Positions 57,697 to 64,000 of a DNA stretch of 64,000 nt are shown here, piece after piece. The notes under the pieces were generated by a model that saw nothing but the letters and a program-made list of their open reading frames with translations, searched no databases and was not told the origin of the DNA. Origin of the DNA: Octopus vulgaris. Taxonomy: Eukaryota. Made by a program: the position numbers and the translations under genes. Where the stretch lies: NCBI GenBank assembly GCA_951406725.2, contig OX597821.1, positions 50,592,001-50,656,000 on the forward strand. Reading direction: 5' to 3'. Numbering within the stretch: position 1 is the stretch's first letter; every line of letters starts with the position of its first letter.

Positions 57697-58650
57697 TCCT
57701 TAAATCCTTAAATCCTTAAAAATGTTTTAGCCCGAAGGCCGCGGCCATGCTGGGGCACCACCGCTGAATGAGCTACACTAGTTTGTGAATCCACCTCTGA
57801 TACGTGGCACCTGATCAACAAGGGAGTTCGATGCTGCTGCCCGCATCCGTGTCTCCTGTCGTGAGGTAGGTTCATCTGGGACTCCCAACAAGAAGAGATC
57901 CAGTTTAGTTTTAAAGAAACCCACATCCACACCATGTAAGTCTCTCAGGCATTTAGGGAGGATGTTAAAGAGCTGTGGTCCTCTGAAACCCAAGCTGTTG
58001 CAGTATCTGGACCTATATTGTGATGGTGATGTTGGAATCCTTGGCACCACGCAGCGGCGCCCCGTTCTGCGGTTGGAGTAACTTTGAATGCCAAAGTTTG
58101 GGACAAGACCCTCCAGGATTTTCCAGATGTATATCACTGCATATCTCTCCCGCCTCCGCTCCAGGGAGAAGAGGTTTAATACCTTCAGTCTTTCCCAGTA
58201 GCTGACATTTTGCATTGAGACGATTTTCTTTGTGTAGCTTCTCTGAGTTGCTTCGAGTTCTGCTGTTTGTTTTATATTGTGTGGTGACCAAAGTTGGGAG
58301 CAGTAGTCCAAGCGGCTGAGGACAAATGTTTTCCATAGGACCATCAGTGTCTCCTTCTTTCTTGTTCTGAAAGTTCTGAGAATCCATCCAGCTAGCCGTC
58401 TGCATTTTATCACCAGATTAGCAATATGCATTTGGAAAGATGCATCATTGCTCATGTCAATGCCCAGGTCACGCACTGATTTTGACTCAGGGATTGCAAT
58501 TCTTCCTGGGCCAGTGTATCCAGTCTTCACGTCATTTACCTTTGTGTGCCAGTAGCGCAGGGCCTGCTACTTACCTGCATTAAACTGCATGTTGTTGTCC
58601 TCAGCCCACCTGTATATTGTGTCCAGCTCATGTTGCAGATGCGCAATATT
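57697..58650 (-). mobile_element. CR1/L2-like LINE 3' portion (ORF 57778..58530) with (TTTAAGGA)n tail
   Basis: VRDLGI, LDYCSQLWSP, SYWERLKVLNLFSLERRRER and FFKTKLD motifs typical of CR1-type ORF2 C-termini. Confidence 0.9.
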
Positions 58651-58736
58651 TTGTATGTATATATATATGTATGTGTATATATATGTATGTATGTATATAT
58701 GTATGTATGTATATATATATATATGTATGTATGTGT

Positions 58737-59060
58737 GAGGGCGCGTGGCTTAGTGGTTAGGGCATTCGGCTTATGATCGTAAGGTTGTGAGTTCGATTCC
58801 CGGCGACGCGTTGTGTCCTTGAGCAAGACACTTTATTTCACGTTGCTCCAGTCCACTCAGCTGGCAAAAATGAGTTGTACTTGTATTTCAAAGGGTCAGC
58901 CTTGTCACTCTCTGTGTCACGCTGATTATCCCCGAGAACTACGTTAAGGGTACACGTGTCTGTGGAATGCTCAGCCATTTGCACGTTAATTTCACGCGAG
59001 CAAGCTGTTCCGTTGATCGTATCAGCTGGGACCCTCGTCGTCGTAACCGGCGGAGTCTTT
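58737..59060 (+). mobile_element. tRNA-derived SINE (family A/B head and core, distinct tail E)
   Basis: gcgcgtggcttagtggttag, gttcgattcc and ccttgagcaagacactt. Confidence 0.8.
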
Positions 59061-59221
59061 GAATGTATGTATGTATGTATATATGTATGTATATATATAT
59101 ATATGTATGTATATATTTACATATATATATGTATGTATATATATACATATATATATATGTATGTATATATAGATGTATATATATATGTATGTATGGATGT
59201 GTATATATATATATACGTATG

Positions 59222-59304
<83 letters not shown>

Positions 59305-59322
59305 TTATATATATATACATAC

Positions 59323-59357
<35 letters not shown>

Positions 59358-59578
59358 CATACATACATATATATATCTCTCATATATATATATAGCAACA
59401 CCAAATAGCATACATACATATATATACATACATATATACATACATACATACATACACATACAAGTATATATATATATTTCACGCCGGGTGAAATGCTTAG
59501 CGGTATTTTGTCTGCCGCTACGTTTAAATCATAATGATTATTATTATCATTATTATTATTATCATTATTATTATTTAA

Positions 59579-60081
59579 CTTGTTCGAAGGTTATAATGGA
59601 TACAGATCGTGTATCAATAGCTATCTTGATGGCGGTGGCCTCATGGAGCTGACCAGCGGCAGCGATTATTCTTATATCTATAAGAATGCCATATTAATAT
59701 GGCGATAACAATTAATTTCCAGTAAACGCTGCCGTAATCTCTTTTATAGAGACTTAGTAATTTTAATATTTCTATTATTGAAAACAAGTGGATGTATTCC
59801 ACTGAAACTAGGTAAATAGAAACCTTCGAACAGAGACGTCAGTGGCGACACCTGCGGGTCTGACTGCGCTACATTGACAAGGGGCAATACCCCGAAACGC
59901 GTCTGTAGCTGTCGGACTGGCAGTGTGAAGCGGCTGACCTCCCTTGTTCGAAGGTTATAATGGATACAGAACGTGTATCAATAGCTATCTTGATGGCGGT
60001 GGCCTCATGGAGCTGACAAGCGGCAGCGATTATTCTTATATCTATAAGAATACCATATTAATATGGCGATAACAATTAATT
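59579..60081 (+). mobile_element. Retrozyme-like 1.4-mer of a 364-nt non-coding unit
   Basis: Direct repeat 59579-59717 / 59943-60081; contains the HHR at 59868-59909. Confidence 0.75.
59868..59909 (+). ncRNA. Type I hammerhead ribozyme, U3-A8 core variant
   Basis: gctaca TTGACAA gggg-caata-cccc GAAA c-gc-g TC tgtagc. Confidence 0.8.
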
Positions 60082-60152
60082 ATGTAAATATATATGTATG
60101 TATATATATATGTATGTATGGATGTGTATATATATATATGTACGTATGTATG

Positions 60153-60198
<46 letters not shown>

Positions 60199-60202
<4 letters not shown>

Positions 60203-60410
60203 ATTTTATAGAAGGAGCTTCTACAGGACTAGAACTGTTTCATTCAAAGAAATCATCAGAAAGCTCATGAGCTCATGAGCTTCCTGCTGATTTCTTTTGA
60301 ATGAAACAGTTCTAGTCCTGTAGAACTCCTTCTATAAAATAAATTAATTTACTCTGCTATGTATTGAGTACCTTATTTACTGTGGTTAACCCCGACTCAA
60401 CCCGGGACCT
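60199..60410. mobile_element. Inverted pair of the HHR-bearing pLTR-like repeat (family of 15538-15680)
   Basis: Palindrome centred on agctcatgagctcatgagct (60262-60281); HHR folds at 60216-60265 (-) and 60278-60327 (+). Confidence 0.75.
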
Positions 60411-60485
<75 letters not shown>

Positions 60486-60635
60486 GTTAAATAATAATAA
60501 TGATGATAATAATAATAATAATGATAATAATAATCATTATGATTTAAACGTAGAGGCAGATAAAATAGCGCTAAGCATTTCACCCGGCGTGCTAACGACT
60601 CTGCCAGCTCACCGATAATAATGATGATGATGATG

Positions 60636-60672
<37 letters not shown>

Positions 60673-60711
60673 TAATAACAATAATAATAATAATATATTT
60701 ATTATTAAATT

Positions 60712-61351
60712 AGAGCGCAGTGTATGCCATGAAAGTGGCACTGAGTTAAAATATTCGAAGCCCTGTATACCTATCATGACAACCCGTGTGACAAGGGTGC
60801 ATCAGGCAACGTAACACAACCAAATGTGCGCGACATGGTGATCCCATATCAAGATAAACAATGCATGACCTTGTAGATGGGTCTCAGTCATAAGGTCCCT
60901 CTATAAGGATTGTTTATTGATGATAAACGAAACACCCATGTTTCCAGAGATGAATTATCCAAACCCCAAAGAATTCCTTTCAATACATAGTTATGATGCT
61001 CCCCAGCTACTTCTGCTCGTAATCAAAGATGCACATATCGTCAGCCACCAAAAGACATGGTCAACTGGTTAAGGTCAAACAATTGACAAACAAATCTGTG
61101 CTATTCAGCGGAATATTTGTTGTAGCCCATCTTTTATACCAAGACAAAACAAATATATGATAACTCTTCCAATCAGTTAAGATCAGAAGCCACGAGAACC
61201 ACTGTCTGGTACTGCATCAGGGCATTGATGCTCCCCCAGGGCATTGATGCTCCCCCTGGGGTAAAATATACGAAGCCCAATACTACTTCTGCAGGTGATC
61301 ACAACCATATGTGCGCGACATCATCAAGAGCACATGTTGCAGGTGGGGCCC

Positions 61352-61394
<43 letters not shown>

Positions 61395-61501
61395 TCTGCT
61401 CGTGATCAGAGATGCACATATCGTCACCACTAAGGGACATCTCAACTGGTTAAGGTCAAACAACTGACAAGCAAATCTGTTATTGAGCGAATATTTGCTG
61501 T

Positions 61502-61576
<75 letters not shown>

Positions 61577-62121
61577 ATTGAGTGAGAGAGCAGTGCATGC
61601 CATCAAAGTGACACTGGGGTAAAATATACGAAGCTCAGAATACACATCATGACTACCCGTCTGATAAGGGTATCACAACCATGCGTGAGCGGCATAATGA
61701 ACTCATATCAAGATAAACAGTGCATGACCTTGCAGGTGGGGCCCATTTAGAATTTTCTTCTGGTCGAGTAGCCCATCCCGCTCAAAAGGTCCCCCAAATA
61801 AGGGTTGTTTAGGGATGTTGAACAAAAAAAAAACCCATGTTTCTATAGGTAAATTATCCAAACCCCAAACAATTCCTCTCAACACATGGCATGATGCTCT
61901 CCCACTACTTCTGCTCGTGATCAGAGATGCACATATCGTCAGCCGCTAAGGGAATGCACAACTGGTTAAAGTCAAGCAACTGACAAGCAAATATGTGGTA
62001 CTGAGCAGAATATTTGCTGCAGTCCATCTTTTATACCAAGACAACACAATGTAGATGATAACACTTCCAATCAGTTAAGATCAGAAGCCATGGAAGCCAC
62101 TTCTTCGTACATCATCAGGGC
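60712..62121. mobile_element. Two near-complete (60712-61223, 61580-62121) plus partial copies of a ~530-bp non-coding element embedded in (TAA)n/(TTA)n/(TTG)n
   Basis: Shared cttctgctcgt...gatgcacatatcgtca and cttccaatcagttaagatcagaagcca blocks. Confidence 0.7.
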
Positions 62122-62239
<118 letters not shown>

Positions 62240-62434
62240 CATTATTGTTGTTGTTGTTGATTAAAATAGTTTGATTCGGCTCCATGCGACGTAAAGTTTC
62301 GCAGGTTTCTAGCAAGATGGAAGCCTGTGAAAAACATTAAGTCGCACATAGAGCCAAAATCAAACTATTTTAAATATTAATATATGTAACTCCTACTAAA
62401 TGTGTCGCGCACCTCTTTCTTTTGCTTAACCACT

Positions 62435-62478
<44 letters not shown>

Positions 62479-62668
62479 CATATGAATTCACAAACACATT
62501 TCACACACACATACTACACGCTCGCGTGCACACAGACTCACACACATACAGACTTGTCATTGTCCTATATTTAGCTTTTCCCTTTGATATACTGACTATT
62601 TATAGCTCTGACCTTGTGGCTGGGGAAGTATAAACGGAATACATATGGCTACATACGCAGATAAGTAC

Positions 62669-62725
<57 letters not shown>

Positions 62726-62854
62726 CATACAGACATGTAACATTGACAATGTACATGAAGAATGTTTTCTTTTCAATTTTGTGTGCTTGTCTTACCTGGA
62801 ATATACAACTTGACAAAGGACACCGGCTTGTCAAGTTCACAAATGCGATTGTCC

Positions 62855-62917
<63 letters not shown>

Positions 62918-63493
62918 GTGTGTGTGTTTTTGTGTATCTCCCCCCCCCCTCTCTCTCTCTCTATCTATCTATCTGTCTCTCTTTCTCTCTATATATATTT
63001 ACTTATGAATTAAAAGCAGCGCCAGTCTTGATAACATTACCGACCGAACGTAATTAATGAATGCGCTTCACTTGTTTACCGGTTCGCTGCGGAACGGCGC
63101 TGTGGGGACGACTCCCTCATAGCACTGGGTTTTAAAGTACCTGAAAGTCATAGACAGGTGAGAACAACTCGCCCCAGTCCCATCGAGGAGTGTTGGATAC
63201 CAATATTTTGCCATTTTAGTGGCTTTTCGACATCACGACTTTGTACAAATGTGTTTACATTTTTATTTTTATTTGCATTTTGTTTCCTCCCGATATAACC
63301 GAAACGAAAAACCTGGCGGACGCTCAAGGTAAGAGAGCACCTTTAATGCAGGCCTGAAGAAGTCTTACTCCAATGTTTAAAACCGCAAATATTCCAGAAA
63401 CTTTTCACTTGGGACTTTTGCGTGAATTGGCGTTCAAAGTATATACATATAAATACACACACACACACACGCACGCACGCACACCTACACAAG

Positions 63494-64000
63494 GTGGCGA
63501 GCTGGCAGAATCGTTAGCTCGCCGAGCTAAATACGTAGCGGTATTTCGTCTGCCGCTACGTTCTGAGTTCGAATTCCGCCGAGGTCGACATTGCCTTTCA
63601 TCCTTTCGGGGTCGATTAAATAAGTACCAGTTACGCACTGGGGTCGATATAATCGACTTAATCTGTGTGTCTGTCCTTGTTTGTCCCCTCTGTGCTTAGC
63701 CCCTTGTAGGTAGTAAAGAAATAGGTATGTCGTCTGCCGCTACATTCTGAGTTCAAATTCCGCCGAGGTTGACATTGCCTTTCATCCTTTCGGGGTCGAT
63801 AAATTAAGTACCAGTTACACACTGGGGTCGATGTAAAACCAGTGCTATGAGGGAGTCGTCCCCACAGCGCCGTTCCGCAGCGAACCGGTAAACAAGTGAA
63901 GCGCATCCGTTGTTTGTCCTCTCTGTGTTTAGCCCCTTGTGGGTAGTAAAGAAATAGGTATTTCGTCCGTCTTTCCGTTCTGTCAGAATTCATATTCCGC
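63494..64000 (+). mobile_element. Tandem SINE family D (Nin-like) units
   Basis: ggcgagctggcagaatcgttag head; repeated ttccgccgaggt...cctttcatcctttcggggtcgat. Confidence 0.85.

Overview
A repeat-saturated, gene-poor eukaryotic window. Inference: an octopus/cephalopod genome, based on extreme (TA)n/(CA)n/(ATCT)n/(ATGT)n density and the SINE repertoire. I found no credible host protein-coding gene; almost all ORF-track entries are microsatellite translations. Recognisable content is decayed mobile DNA: R4/Dong-like and other RLE LINE ends, two Tx1/L1-like 3' ends in (ATCT)n, CR1/L2-like LINE ends, a Penelope-like (RT + GIY-YIG) fragment, two mariners, a pogo/Tigger transposase, a non-autonomous Helitron, MITEs and many tRNA-derived SINEs. 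The most interesting signal is non-coding: at least 8 type I hammerhead-ribozyme (HHR) folds in about four short repeat families. These include a 364-nt retrozyme-like unit with a U3-A8 core variant, whose stems covary with a second copy 30 kb away, and a 97-nt TSD-flanked HHR insert inside a foldback element. SINE and LINE 3' tails also share a covarying hairpin. All structures were derived by eye; no folding, alignment or database search was run.
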